A stretch of 64,000 nt of DNA from Christensenellaceae bacterium. Its GTDB lineage: Bacteria; Bacillota; Clostridia; Christensenellales; CAG-138. A program made the position numbers and the translations under genes. Positions within the stretch are counted from its first letter, which is position 1. Each line of letters opens with the position of its first letter. The stretch covers positions 538,546 to 602,545 of the forward strand of contig OY776633.1 in the NCBI GenBank assembly GCA_963675855.1, read 5' to 3'. This document shows, piece after piece, positions 28,081 to 38,777 of this stretch. Below the pieces are notes generated by a model. The model was not told the DNA's origin. It saw only the letters and a list, made by a program, of their open reading frames with translations, and made no database searches.

Positions 28081-28779
28081 TTAACTGAGTTTCGTTTTGC
28101 CGGATTTCGCCGAGGCTTTTTTTGCCGCGGGTTTCGCCGCCGCTTCCAGCCCCGCCCGAAAATGCTCGCAGATGTGGCTGACAGGGCAGATTTCGCACGC
28201 CGGTTTTCTCGCGTGGCAGATCTGCCGGCCGTGATAGATGAGCCAATGGTGCGCAGCCGACCAGTCCTGTTTCGGGATGGCTTTTTGAAGCTGCTCCTCG
28301 GTTTTTTCCACGTTGCTTGCGTGCGCCAGCCCGATGCGGTTGGATACGCGGAACACGTGCGTGTCCACCGCGATGGCGGGGATGCCGAAGGCGTTGCTGC
28401 CGACCACGTTGGCGGTCTTGCGTCCCACGCCCGGCAGGGTTTGCAGCGTCCCCAGATCGGCGGGCACCTGTCCGCCGTATTGCGCGACGAGGATGCGCGC
28501 GGTTTCGAGGATATGCCGGCCTTTCGTGTTGTAGAATCCGCAGCGTTTGATATACGGAAAGAGTTCCTCCTCGGTCATAGCGGCGACCTGCTCAGGCGTG
28601 CTGGCAACGGGGAAAAGCTCGCGCGTGCAGAGGTTGACCATCACGTCCGTGCTCTGCGCGGAGAGAATGGTCGCCACCAGCAGCTCAAACGGCGAAGAGA
28701 ATTCGAGCGCGGGTTTCGCGTTTGGATAAGTCGCCGCGAGGATGGCGAGGGCTTCGGTTTTTTGCGCCTTTGTAAGCAT
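28081..28779 (-). CDS. nth: endonuclease III
   Basis: HhH-GPD LPGVGRKTANVV; Fe-S cluster loop CHARKPACEICPVSHIC; Lys/Ala-rich C-terminal tail. Confidence 0.9.
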   Translation of the reverse strand: MLTKAQKTEALAILAATYPNAKPALEFSSPFELLVATILSAQSTDVMVNLCTRELFPVASTPEQVAAMTEEELFPYIKRCGFYNTKGRHILETARILVAQYGGQVPADLGTLQTLPGVGRKTANVVGSNAFGIPAIAVDTHVFRVSNRIGLAHASNVEKTEEQLQKAIPKQDWSAAHHWLIYHGRQICHARKPACEICPVSHICEHFRAGLEAAAKPAAKKASAKSGKTKLS

Positions 28780-30137
28780 CAGGTGCGGATTTTTCCGTTG
28801 TATTTACGCACGACGACGTGCGCCAGCGATAGCGCCTGGTCGAGGATCTCCTGCTCGCTCTGCCCTTCGATCATGATGCGCACCAGCGGTTCCGTACCGG
28901 AGGCGCGGATGAGCACGCGGCCGTTCTTGCCGAGACGCGTTTCGACTTCTTTGGTGAGCCGCGTCAATTCTTCGTCCGCCAGCGCGGCGTCTTTTGCGCC
29001 GTTTTTCACGGTCACGTTGACGAGCACCTGCGGATACTGCGGGATGCGCGCGGCAAGCTTGCTGAGCCGCTTCTTCGTTTCGGCGACCACGCCGAGCAGC
29101 GCGATGGCGCTCATCAGCCCGTCGCCCGTGGTGTTTTTATTCAGCAGGATGATGTGCCCGCTCTGTTCTCCGCCGATGGAGTAATCGTTTTGCAGCATGC
29201 TCTCTAATACGTAGCGGTCGCCGACCTTCGTCTCCACGATGTCGATGCCCGCCTCCTTGAGCGCGTTTTTCAGGCCGAGGTTGCTCATGACGGTGAGCAC
29301 GAGCGTGTTTTTCGCCAGCGTGACTTTGCTGTGCATATGCAGCGCTAAGATGCCCATGGCCTGGTCGCCGTCGACGATGTTGCCGTACTCGTCGCACGAG
29401 ATCAGCCGGTCCGCGTCGCCGTCGAACGCGAAGCCAAGGTCCGCGCCGTAATTGACCACCATCTCCTGCAGCCGCTCGGGGTGCGTGCTGCCGCAGTGGT
29501 CGTTGATGTTGATGCCGTCCGGCGCACAGGATTTCGCGATGACCTCCGCGCCGAGCCGTTCGAATACGTCCTTTGCGATGAACGAAGCCGCGCCGTTGGC
29601 GCAGTCCGCTACGATGCGAAGCCCTTCAAACCGGTATTCCGACTGTTCTACGAGATAGTCGCAGTAATCTTTTTTCGCGCGCACGGCGGAGATGATGCGG
29701 CCGACTTCACGCCCCTCTGGCCGCGGAACATCCGCGCCGCCGGTGATGATGGATTCGATGCGGTCCTCGATCTCGTCCGAGAGCTTAAAGCCGTTTTTAT
29801 CGAACCATTTGATGCCGTTATATTCCATGGGGTTGTGGCTTGCGGAGATCATGACCGCCGCGTCAGCCTCGTAAAGCCGCACGAGGTAGGCCAGCGCGGG
29901 CGTCGGCAGGATGCCGACGTCGAGCACCTCGCCGCCGACGGAGCACACGCCCGCCGAGAGCGCGGCGCCGAGCATGGGCCCGGATTTGCGGGTGTCCATG
30001 CCGACGAGGATGCGGGGCGAGTGTACTTCGTTGGTCAGCACATACGCGCCGACCGCGCCGATTTGATACGCCAGCTCGCAGCTGAGGTCGCGGTTTGCAA
30101 CGCCGCGTATGCCGTCCGTTCCGAACAGTCTTGCCAT
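28779..30137 (-). CDS. glmM: phosphoglucosamine mutase
   Basis: MARLFGTDGIRG N-terminus, phosphoserine loop ISASHNP; 1-nt overlap with nth start. Confidence 0.9.
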   Translation of the reverse strand: MARLFGTDGIRGVANRDLSCELAYQIGAVGAYVLTNEVHSPRILVGMDTRKSGPMLGAALSAGVCSVGGEVLDVGILPTPALAYLVRLYEADAAVMISASHNPMEYNGIKWFDKNGFKLSDEIEDRIESIITGGADVPRPEGREVGRIISAVRAKKDYCDYLVEQSEYRFEGLRIVADCANGAASFIAKDVFERLGAEVIAKSCAPDGININDHCGSTHPERLQEMVVNYGADLGFAFDGDADRLISCDEYGNIVDGDQAMGILALHMHSKVTLAKNTLVLTVMSNLGLKNALKEAGIDIVETKVGDRYVLESMLQNDYSIGGEQSGHIILLNKNTTGDGLMSAIALLGVVAETKKRLSKLAARIPQYPQVLVNVTVKNGAKDAALADEELTRLTKEVETRLGKNGRVLIRASGTEPLVRIMIEGQSEQEILDQALSLAHVVVRKYNGKIRT

Positions 30138-30172
30138 ATGGTTATATTTCTCCTAATATGTGTTTGGGTGGT

Positions 30173-31087
30173 TCAGTGGCTGGAGATGAACTCCAGCGCG
30201 CTGTTTGCGGCGATTGCGCCGTCCGCGCAGGCCGTGATGACCTGTCTTAGCGGCGTGTTGCGGATATCGCCCGCGGCGAAAACGCCTGGGATGTTCGTCT
30301 TCATGAATTCATCGGTTACGATGTTGCGGCCTTCATTGAGCGTGACCATGTCCTTGACCAGATCGGTCTGCGGCGAGATGCCGACGGCCACGAATACGCC
30401 GGAGACAGGCAAGACGCGCTTTTCTTCGGTTTTTTTGTCCTGTATCTCCAACCCTTCCACCTGCTTTTCCCCGACGAGGGAAACGGGCACGCACGAGAGC
30501 GCAAGATCGATGTTCGGCGTTTGTTTGGCTTTGTCGGAAAGAACCGGGGAAGCGCGGAATTCGTCGCGCCGGTGTACGATGGTTACCTTCGAGCAGAAGC
30601 GCGAAAGGTACAGCGCGTCGGACACCGCCGTGTCGCCGCCGCCGATGACCGCGACCGCCTTTTCCTTAAAGAACGCGCCGTCGCAGGTTGCGCAATAGCT
30701 CACGCCCGCGCCGGTGAGTTCCTCCTCGCGCGCGATACCGAGCATGCGCGCGTGCGCGCCCATGCATAGGATGACGGTCGTTGCGGTATCCTCGCGGTCC
30801 GGCAGCAGGATGCGCTTGGGTGTTTCTTCCAGAACAAGCCCCGTTGCGCCGGCGTATTCCACCTTGAGGCCGAATTTTTCCGCCTGCTTCTGAATCGTGG
30901 AACCGACTTCGTAGCCGACGATGCCGTCCGGAAAACCGGGATAGTTCTCCACAAGCGGGGTCTTGGCGATCTGCCCGCCGGGGAAGAGTTCTTCGTAGAG
31001 CGTGACGCTCGCGCCGCCGCGCGCGGCATACAGTCCCGCGGTCAGCCCAGCCGGGCCCCCGCCGATGATTGCGATATCAGAATGCAT
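30173..31087 (-). CDS. trxB: thioredoxin-disulfide reductase
   Basis: Start at ATG 31087 (MHSDIAIIGGGPAGLTAG) after GGAGG; redox-active CATCDG. Confidence 0.9.
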   Translation of the reverse strand: MHSDIAIIGGGPAGLTAGLYAARGGASVTLYEELFPGGQIAKTPLVENYPGFPDGIVGYEVGSTIQKQAEKFGLKVEYAGATGLVLEETPKRILLPDREDTATTVILCMGAHARMLGIAREEELTGAGVSYCATCDGAFFKEKAVAVIGGGDTAVSDALYLSRFCSKVTIVHRRDEFRASPVLSDKAKQTPNIDLALSCVPVSLVGEKQVEGLEIQDKKTEEKRVLPVSGVFVAVGISPQTDLVKDMVTLNEGRNIVTDEFMKTNIPGVFAAGDIRNTPLRQVITACADGAIAANSALEFISSH

Positions 31088-31322
31088 AAAAACAAAACCT
31101 CCGTGTAACGCACAAAAAGTACTTATTAGTATAACGAAGAGCGGCATAAAAAGCAACGAACACGGCGGCGGCGAACGGTGACTTGCGCACAGATACGGGT
31201 TTTGCGGAAATATAAGTGGAATCAAGACCGGCTGCGTTTGACGGGGGGACGCGCTGCACTTATACTACTATTGGCGGCGGCAAAGCGCAGGAACCAAACG
31301 CACAGCGACGGAGGAAAACCAA

Positions 31323-32087
31323 ATGAAGGAATCCTATCAGGACATCAACGCAAAAACCGTTGATCAATGGGTCGAAAACGGCTGGGAGTGGGGCGTGCCG
31401 ATTACGCACGAGCAGTTTCTTGCGGCAAAATCGGGAAATTGGAGCATCGTGCTTACGCCGACAAAACCCGTGCCGGCGAACTGGTTTCCGGAATTAAACG
31501 GCGCCGCGCTGCTCGGCCTTGCGTGCGGCGGCGGGCAGCAGATGCCGCTCTTTGCGGCGGCGGGCGCGCGCTGTACGGTGCTGGACTATTCCGAGCGGCA
31601 GCTTGAGAGCGAGCGTGCGGTGGCGGAGCGCGAGGGATATGAAATTAAAATCATTCGCGCGGATATGTCCAAACCGCTTCCGTTTACAGACGAATCGTTC
31701 GATGTAATCGTACACCCCGTTTCAAATTGCTATATTCGCGAGGTGGAGCCGCTCTGGCGCGAATGCTTCCGTATTCTCAAACCCGGCGGCATCCTGCTCG
31801 CTGGTGTGGACAACAGTGTCAACTACATGTTTGACGACGAGGAGACGACGCTCACGCACCGCCTTCCGTTCGATCCGACGACCGACGAGGCGTTGTATGA
31901 AGCGAGCGTCGCCAACGGCGACGGCGTGCAGTTTTCCCACACGCTAGAAGAGCAGATCGGCGGTCAGCTCAAGGCGGGCTTCACGCTTACGCACCTGTAC
32001 GAAGATACCAACGGCAGCGGCAGGCTGCATGCGTTCAATATTCCGACGTTCATCGCCACCCGCGCGGTCAAGCCGGACAAACAGTAA
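31323..32087 (+). CDS. class I SAM-dependent methyltransferase
   Basis: RBS GGAGGAAAA; motif I LLGLACGGGQQ; 254 aa. Confidence 0.75.
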   Translation: MKESYQDINAKTVDQWVENGWEWGVPITHEQFLAAKSGNWSIVLTPTKPVPANWFPELNGAALLGLACGGGQQMPLFAAAGARCTVLDYSERQLESERAVAEREGYEIKIIRADMSKPLPFTDESFDVIVHPVSNCYIREVEPLWRECFRILKPGGILLAGVDNSVNYMFDDEETTLTHRLPFDPTTDEALYEASVANGDGVQFSHTLEEQIGGQLKAGFTLTHLYEDTNGSGRLHAFNIPTFIATRAVKPDKQ

Positions 32088-32125
32088 AATAAAACAAAAA
32101 AGCGCATTATGATAAAGAGCCGCCT

Positions 32126-32779
32126 TTATTCGGCGGCTTTTTTGCGCAGACCGCGTTCATTTATGATGAGGTAACCGTTCGGCTGCTTCTTTAGTATCCC
32201 TGCGTCGCAGAGGTTTCGAAGCGAGCGCAGAAGATGGCGGTAGCTCACGCCGAGCTGTTCGGATACATCCAGCAGCCGCTCGGAGAACAATCCGTCCTGC
32301 GCGCTTTGCAGAAGGTATGAACAAAGCCGCGCCTCAAAGGGGCGCAGTATGATCTCCGTCGTGTTCGCCACGCTGTCGTGCAGCTTGTTTGCAAGCCCTT
32401 TGCCGACGCGCAGCAGGAACGGCGGATGCGCCAGCAGCGCGGGCGCATAGACGCCCATCGGCAGGCCGATGCAGACGACCTGCGTGAGCGCCTGTACGGA
32501 CGAGATGGCCTCCCGCCTGCCCATCATGAGCTCCACGTCGCCCAGGATGCCGTCGGAGATGTAGTAACACAGCAGCAGGTTGCGCCCGCCCGTTTCGCTC
32601 GTGCACACCTTCGCCTTGCCGGAGAGGAGGATGTACAGATATTTTAATTCCTGTTCGGCAAGCATCAGCCACTCGCCGCGCTCAAAGCGGATGAGCAGCG
32701 CGCGGGACGGGTCGAGCGCGACGAGGTCGTATTCTTGCAGCTTCGCCTCATACTGGCGGGGAAGCGTTTCCTTTCGCAT
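32126..32779 (-). CDS. Crp/Fnr-family transcriptional regulator
   Basis: N-terminal cNMP-binding-like barrel, C-terminal HTH (VSYRHLLRSLRNLCDAGILKK). Confidence 0.75.
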   Translation of the reverse strand: MRKETLPRQYEAKLQEYDLVALDPSRALLIRFERGEWLMLAEQELKYLYILLSGKAKVCTSETGGRNLLLCYYISDGILGDVELMMGRREAISSVQALTQVVCIGLPMGVYAPALLAHPPFLLRVGKGLANKLHDSVANTTEIILRPFEARLCSYLLQSAQDGLFSERLLDVSEQLGVSYRHLLRSLRNLCDAGILKKQPNGYLIINERGLRKKAAE

Positions 32780-32928
32780 GCGCGGATCTCCCTTTTCTAT
32801 TATTTACCCGTATTGTGACATATGTCATATGACGCGTCAAGCAATCGTCCTATACTCAGGGTGTCATACGTTGCGGCCGGGACAAAAAACGCATCCCTGC
32901 CGAGCGACATTGACACGGAGAGACCCTT

Positions 32929-33828
32929 ATGTATTACCTTTTATCCCTGCTTATTGGCATAGTAGTCGCCGTTATGATTACCGCCAACGGCGGATTGACC
33001 GTGTTTTACGGCGTCTATTCGGCAACGGTGATCATCCATATCGTGGGGCTTTGCCTCATCGGCGCGATCGTTTTTTTGCGCCGCGAGAAGCCCTTTGCCA
33101 AGGCGCAGCCGTGGTATCTCTACATCGGCGGCGTGCTCGGCGTTGCGACGACCGCGGCGACGAACTACGGTTTCGGAAAGATCAGCGTTTCCGCCATCCT
33201 CGCGCTGGGGTTGCTCGGGCAGAGTCTCGGAGGCGCGCTGGTCGACCAGTTCGGCCTCTTCGGCATGCGCAAACACCCGTTTCGGGCGCACCAGATCCCC
33301 GGCATCCTGCTCGTCGCCGGCGGCATCGCGTGGATGATTGGCGGTGACTTTGCGCTGCTGCCCGTACTCGCGGTGTTCGGTTCCGGCCTGCTGCTCGTCG
33401 TCTCGCGCTCCTACAACGCGCGGCTGGCGAACAATACGAGCGTCTATGTCAGCACGTTTTTCAACTATGTTTTCGGGCTGCTCGCTTCGATTCCCGTGTT
33501 CCTCCTGCTCGGCATGCGCGAGCCGATCCATCAGGGGTTCGTGTTCGCGCCGCACTGGTGGGCGTATCTTGGCGGGGCGCTGGGCGTTTGCGCCGTCTGG
33601 CTGAGCAACGTCGTGGTGGTAAAAATTCCGCAGCTGTATGTTTCGCTGCTCATGTTCGTGGGCCAGGTGTTCACAGGCGTGCTGCTCGACGCGCTGCTCG
33701 ACGGCGCGTTTTCCATGGCGAATATCATGGGCGGCGTGCTGGTCGCGCTCGGGCTTTCGCTCAACCTCCTGCTGGAGCGGCGCGCCTCGCGGCGGCTTAC
33801 GGCTCAAATCAACGCGCGGGAGCTATAG
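32929..33828 (+). CDS. DMT-superfamily transporter (duplicated DUF606/YdcZ-like)
   Basis: 299-aa, about 10 TM segments in two similar halves. Confidence 0.6.
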   Translation: MYYLLSLLIGIVVAVMITANGGLTVFYGVYSATVIIHIVGLCLIGAIVFLRREKPFAKAQPWYLYIGGVLGVATTAATNYGFGKISVSAILALGLLGQSLGGALVDQFGLFGMRKHPFRAHQIPGILLVAGGIAWMIGGDFALLPVLAVFGSGLLLVVSRSYNARLANNTSVYVSTFFNYVFGLLASIPVFLLLGMREPIHQGFVFAPHWWAYLGGALGVCAVWLSNVVVVKIPQLYVSLLMFVGQVFTGVLLDALLDGAFSMANIMGGVLVALGLSLNLLLERRASRRLTAQINAREL

Positions 33829-33881
33829 CTGCCGCCCATACAAAAACGCACCCGAATGGGTGCGTTTTTAGCTGCTCGCCG

Positions 33882-35084
33882 TCAATACCCCGCGAGGATA
33901 TCCCCGATGTGGTTTTTCAGGTATTTATCCTTCGTGTAGACGAAGTTCTGGGAGACGATATAGTCTTTTCCGTCGTCCCAGCGGACGGTCTCGGTTTTGT
34001 CGTCGGGGTTGGCGCGGCCCGTCACCGTGGTCGCGCGGTTGTGGATGCGGTTTGCCAGCAGTATCATAAACTGGTTTTTCTCCGGATCGACGGAAAAGTG
34101 GTTGCCCGTAAAACCGTTGAGCGCGATGGTCCGTTCGCCGAAATATGCGGGAACTTCGCTGAAGGTCTGCACGGGTTGTTTGGAGTAGCAAAGATACCCC
34201 ATATACTGCGAATCGCCGCCGTTGGGCAGCTTGCCGCCCGTGCGGTTGACGCCGATTTCGAGCAGCGTCTTGCGATGAAGCAGCGCGCCGGAGAGCAGCC
34301 CGCGCGCGAGGATGGTCATGTCGTTTAAGCTCGAAAACAGCCCCGCGTGCCCGCACGGGGCGGGGCGCCCTGCGTTGAGCAGGCGCGCTTTCGGATCGTG
34401 TACCGTGCCGGGCGGGCAGGCCGTGTCCAGCAGGTATTTTCTGTTGATGATGCGCCGCTCGTAGTTGCAGTTCACGGTTTCAGGCAGCAGCGCGGCGGGC
34501 ACCTCGGCAAACGTTCGCTCCATTCCCAGCGGGTGTATTATGTTTTCATATATATAGGTCCAAAACGATTGGTCCGCGGCGGACTCGACGACGTATTTGA
34601 GCACCATGGACCCCATGTCGGAGTAATACTTACGCGTTGGCGGCGGGCCGGCGCGGATACCGAACAGCAGCGCCTCCGCCTCGTCCGCGCTTGCCGCCGC
34701 GTCTATGCGCGAAACGGTGTGCAGAGCAGCGCGGAAGGAAAGCAGGTCTTCGATCGAAACATCCATGATATGCACAAACCGCTTGTCGACGCTGCCGAGA
34801 GTCTGATCCAGCCGGAGTTTGCCGCGCTCGCACAGCTGCAGCACGGCGATGCAGGTAAAGAGCTTTGTGACCGAGGCAAGGTCGAATACGGAGCCGGTTT
34901 TCATCGGCGCGGCGTCAGGCACGAACACGCCGTTTTCGAGCCGGACCTCGCGGATGTTGCCGCGCGCGAACGCTTCGCCGCGCGTCAAATCGCCGTAGGA
35001 CACGGCGACGCCGCTGACGATCCTGCGTTCGTCCACCAGATACGATACGCCTTCTTCCAGCCGCTGCCTGGCAAGATTCGTCAT
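33882..35084 (-). CDS. serine hydrolase, beta-lactamase/PBP-like family
   Basis: SxxK motif in FDLASVTKLF; 400 aa; ATGA overlap with upstream gene. Confidence 0.75.
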   Translation of the reverse strand: MTNLARQRLEEGVSYLVDERRIVSGVAVSYGDLTRGEAFARGNIREVRLENGVFVPDAAPMKTGSVFDLASVTKLFTCIAVLQLCERGKLRLDQTLGSVDKRFVHIMDVSIEDLLSFRAALHTVSRIDAAASADEAEALLFGIRAGPPPTRKYYSDMGSMVLKYVVESAADQSFWTYIYENIIHPLGMERTFAEVPAALLPETVNCNYERRIINRKYLLDTACPPGTVHDPKARLLNAGRPAPCGHAGLFSSLNDMTILARGLLSGALLHRKTLLEIGVNRTGGKLPNGGDSQYMGYLCYSKQPVQTFSEVPAYFGERTIALNGFTGNHFSVDPEKNQFMILLANRIHNRATTVTGRANPDDKTETVRWDDGKDYIVSQNFVYTKDKYLKNHIGDILAGY

Positions 35085-36313
35085 GCGTTTGCTCCGGTTG
35101 TGTCCTGCGGTAAAATGAACGCCGCGTTTTTCTTTTTCCAGTTCTTCAAAAACGCTTTTTTAACCGGCGCGGTTGCAAACGACGCCGGATCGTACTTTGC
35201 GAAAAACGCCGCTTCTTGTGCCAGCGTGCGCTCGAGCAGCTCGTCCATCGCCTTCGCGTCGCCGGAGGCGTTGTTTAGCCAGCTCTGTTCGAGCGCGTCT
35301 CGCTCGGCGTAGAACTCCGCGGGTACGGTCTTGCCGACCAGTGCGCGGCGAAATCGCTCCGCCTCGCGCCAGTAGCGAAGCCCCGCTTCATCGCCGGGCG
35401 AAACCACGGGCAGGCGGGCGGGATTGCCGAAGCGGTACGGCTTGTAGAGCGAAACGCAGGGTACCGACGTTCCGGTGAGATATGCCGTCGGTGTGCCGCC
35501 GCCGAGGCGGACGATCATGCTTGCGGTCGACTGGTCGCCGATCATGCCGCCGTAATGCATGCAGCAACTCGACACGGAACTCTTTGCAAACGGGTTTTGC
35601 ACATCCTCGTCGTGCGTGCGCAGCGCCCGCGCCATGTCCGCCGCGCCGGCGATCGCCGGCAGCGCGCAGCCGCTCTGGCGTTGCCTGCGCTTTGAGCCTG
35701 AGAAGAAGGTGTACAGCGGATCGGTATACTCTTTGGCAAAGTCGCAGACAGGGCCTCCGTAGCGCTCTCCATCCGCGCCGATCGAGAGCCGGTTGCTGAT
35801 GGAGGCGCGCCGGTATGACTTGACAACCCAGTTTCGCTGACTGGTTTCGAGTACGAAGAGTTTATCCTGATCGATGACGAGGAACGAGTTGTCGTAATAG
35901 AACGTATGATCGTAACCGCAGTTGCCGCCCTGGCCGTAGGTTTCGAGCAGCTCGATGATCACGTTGACCGCGCGTTCGGCGCTCTCCCCGCGCTCGAGCG
36001 CGAGCCGCAGAAGATCCATGCCGGTCAGCGACGGGGGGCCGTATCTGCCCCTGGTGAACACCGCCTCGTTGCCGATGGCGACGCCCGCTTCGTTGACGCC
36101 GATCTCCGCGCCCCACATCCATACCGGGCGGGAAAGCAGCACGGCGAGCGTTTCGCCCGCCTGCGGGATTCGCCGGTAGGTGCAGGCCACGTCTCCGCCG
36201 TCGTATACGCGCGCGGGATAGTATTCCGTTACCTGCGGTTCATTCGGGTTGCGGTCGCTGTTTTTGCCGAAGATCGCGCCGGAATCAAGGAGTACGCCGA
36301 GCGTGTCACACAT
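35081..36313 (-). CDS. C69-family (secernin-like) Ntn-hydrolase dipeptidase
   Basis: N-terminal nucleophile Cys2 (MCDTLGV) and FGKNSDRNPNEPQ motif as in C69/secernin peptidases. Confidence 0.65.
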   Translation of the reverse strand: MCDTLGVLLDSGAIFGKNSDRNPNEPQVTEYYPARVYDGGDVACTYRRIPQAGETLAVLLSRPVWMWGAEIGVNEAGVAIGNEAVFTRGRYGPPSLTGMDLLRLALERGESAERAVNVIIELLETYGQGGNCGYDHTFYYDNSFLVIDQDKLFVLETSQRNWVVKSYRRASISNRLSIGADGERYGGPVCDFAKEYTDPLYTFFSGSKRRQRQSGCALPAIAGAADMARALRTHDEDVQNPFAKSSVSSCCMHYGGMIGDQSTASMIVRLGGGTPTAYLTGTSVPCVSLYKPYRFGNPARLPVVSPGDEAGLRYWREAERFRRALVGKTVPAEFYAERDALEQSWLNNASGDAKAMDELLERTLAQEAAFFAKYDPASFATAPVKKAFLKNWKKKNAAFILPQDTTGANA

Positions 36314-36528
36314 ATCGATTTGCCTCCTGAAATATGAGTATGATAACGCATGAAAATTACTGTCGGAAACCGTTTATTTGAGGGTGCGGTGTTGTTACAT
36401 AGTATACCATAGGCAAATGCGCGAAAAAAGCGGCGCAGGCTGTAAACGCGCTTCTTTCGGATCGCAAACGGTTGTAGGCGCCGCGGCGGTGTGATACAAT
36501 ACCTTGCGAAAAGGGATGGAGGCGGCGC

Positions 36529-37431
36529 ATGGAAAACCTGCAACTGGATCCGCTGGCGATACGCAATCTGCTCATCTGGACCGGGCTCGCATTCGGCGGC
36601 ACGATCCTGCTTGGCGGCGTGCCGAGCTGGATGCGCTCGGCGGCCAAGCGCGCGGATCCGTCCGCGGCGGCGGCGGTGTTCGCGCTCGTATACGCGCTCG
36701 CCATGGCGGCGCTCGTATACCTCAGCGGCAATCTGGAGCGCGCGGTTCTGTTGACAGGCGCGCAGATTGCCTGGCTTGCGCTTTGCGGGCTGCTCTCCGC
36801 GCTGACATGGCTTTGCCTGTTTACCGCGCTGACAGGCGGAAAAGTGAGCAAGGTAATGCCGGTCTACGCCGTGTCCGCGCTGGTCACGCTTGCGGCGTCG
36901 CATTTTCTATTCGGCGAGCCGATGGGGATCTGGAAGATCTGCTGCATGGTGCTCATATTGATCGGCATCGTGTTCATCGAGAGCCGTACGCCGCAGCTGC
37001 AGGGGCAGCTCTGGTTTATCTACGCGCTCGTCGCGGTGATCGCGGGAACCGGCGCGCAGCTGCTGAATAAAGCCATGGTCGGCGAAGCGCTGAATACCGA
37101 ATCGTATCAGGCCTGGCGCGCGGCGTTTGCCGCCGTGTTTCTCTGGATCTTCGTGTTCGCGCGCAAAAAGCAGGCGGCTTTGGGTGATTTTACGGCGCGC
37201 GCGTGGGTGGGGACGTTTCTTGCGGCGTTGTTTTTCGCGGGGAGCTTCGCTCTGAATTATCTGACGTCCCTGCGCGGTGAGATAAGTTACCTCGCGCCAA
37301 TCGGCGTGCTGACTAGCCTGTTTGTGATGCTCTTTGCGCGCATGTTTCAGAAGGAGAAGCTGCCCGGCTCCGCCGTGTTCGGTACGCTTTTGGTGCTCAT
37401 GGGCCAGTTCGGGATATTGATGGGGCTCTGA
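36529..37431 (+). CDS. EamA/DMT-family transporter
   Basis: 300 aa, 10 predicted TM segments, two EamA-like halves. Confidence 0.7.
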   Translation: MENLQLDPLAIRNLLIWTGLAFGGTILLGGVPSWMRSAAKRADPSAAAAVFALVYALAMAALVYLSGNLERAVLLTGAQIAWLALCGLLSALTWLCLFTALTGGKVSKVMPVYAVSALVTLAASHFLFGEPMGIWKICCMVLILIGIVFIESRTPQLQGQLWFIYALVAVIAGTGAQLLNKAMVGEALNTESYQAWRAAFAAVFLWIFVFARKKQAALGDFTARAWVGTFLAALFFAGSFALNYLTSLRGEISYLAPIGVLTSLFVMLFARMFQKEKLPGSAVFGTLLVLMGQFGILMGL

Positions 37432-37504
37432 TCCGCCCTCTGGTGCGGCGGTTTTACAACAAACGATATTCGTTGCGACAACGGGAAAGATAACGGTTTA
37501 CGAT

Positions 37505-38176
37505 ATGGTAAAACTCTGCGTATTCGACCTTGACGGCACGCTCGTCAACACGCTTCACGATCTCACCGACAGCCTGAATTACGCGCTTGACGAAAGCGGG
37601 TTTCCGGCGTTGAGCGAGCCGCGTGTCGCGGCGATCGTTGGACACAGCGTGGAATACATGATCCATCATGCGCTGCCAGAGGGGATGGGGGATTCGTACC
37701 AGACCGTGTACGATGCCTTTATGGAGCGCTATAGAGACCATAATCTCGACCGTTCGCATCCTTACGACGGCATGATCGAGGTGGTAGAGCGCATCAAAGC
37801 CGCGGGCGTGACGGTTGCTATCGCATCCAACAAACCGCACGCGGATACGGTGAAGGTCGCTAAAATGCTCTATCCGAAGGGGTTGTTTTCGCTCGTGCTC
37901 GGGCGGACGGAAAAGTTTGCCATCAAACCCGCGCCGGACGCGCTGCTCTTCATCATGGACTTCTTCGGCGCAGCGCCGGAGGAGACGGTCTATGTGGGCG
38001 ATTCGGACGTGGACGTGATCTTTGCCCGAAATGCGGGCATCCGCTGCGTGTCCGTCGATTGGGGATTTCGGACGAAAGAGGAGATTCTCGCCGCGGGCGC
38101 GGCCTGCGTCACGAGCGATCCGGCAAAGGTGCCGGAACTGGTGCTCGGCGACGCGGGAAAGGAGACCGTTTGCTGA
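37505..38176 (+). CDS. HAD-family hydrolase (phosphoglycolate phosphatase-like)
   Basis: Motif I FDLDGTLV, motif IV GDSDVDV. Confidence 0.8.
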   Translation: MVKLCVFDLDGTLVNTLHDLTDSLNYALDESGFPALSEPRVAAIVGHSVEYMIHHALPEGMGDSYQTVYDAFMERYRDHNLDRSHPYDGMIEVVERIKAAGVTVAIASNKPHADTVKVAKMLYPKGLFSLVLGRTEKFAIKPAPDALLFIMDFFGAAPEETVYVGDSDVDVIFARNAGIRCVSVDWGFRTKEEILAAGAACVTSDPAKVPELVLGDAGKETVC

Positions 38177-38733
38177 TCAACGTTTACGACTTCGACAATA
38201 CGATCTACCGCGGGGACTCGAGCTTCGATTTTTTCCGCCACTGCGCGGTGAAATACCCGCGCGCGCTGCTTTCGGCCCTCGCGAGCGCGCCCGCCATGAT
38301 CGCCCTGACGCTCGGGTTGATCGATAAAACACGCGCCAAGCAGCGTTTTTACCGGTATCTAAGGCATGTGCCGGACGTTAAACAGGAGGTGGAACTCTTC
38401 TGGATGACGCACGACAAAAACCTGAAAGACTGGTACTTCGATCAGAAACAGCCGGACGATCTGATCATCTCCGCATCGCCGGTGTTTCTGATTGAACCGA
38501 TCGCACGGCGGTTGGGCCTGAAGCTGATCGCATCCCGCGTAGACGCCGCCACGGGCCGTTACGAGGGTGTAAACTGCCACGGGCAGGAGAAGGTGCGCCG
38601 CATGCGGGAGCTGTATCCCGAGGTGCGGATCGCACGTTTTTATTCGGACAGCATGAACGATTCGCCGCTGGCGCGCCTGGCAGAAGAGGCGTTTCTGGTC
38701 AAGGACGATTTGATCAGCCCGTATCCGCTGTAA
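38170..38733 (+). CDS. HAD-IB family hydrolase
   Basis: TTG 38170 five nt after AAGGAG, overlapping the upstream stop; motif I YDFDNTIY; motif IV-like YSDSMNDSP. Confidence 0.65.
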   Translation: MLINVYDFDNTIYRGDSSFDFFRHCAVKYPRALLSALASAPAMIALTLGLIDKTRAKQRFYRYLRHVPDVKQEVELFWMTHDKNLKDWYFDQKQPDDLIISASPVFLIEPIARRLGLKLIASRVDAATGRYEGVNCHGQEKVRRMRELYPEVRIARFYSDSMNDSPLARLAEEAFLVKDDLISPYPL

Positions 38734-38777
38734 ATGCCGCATAGCAATACGCGACCGACAGGAAAGGACGGCATACC

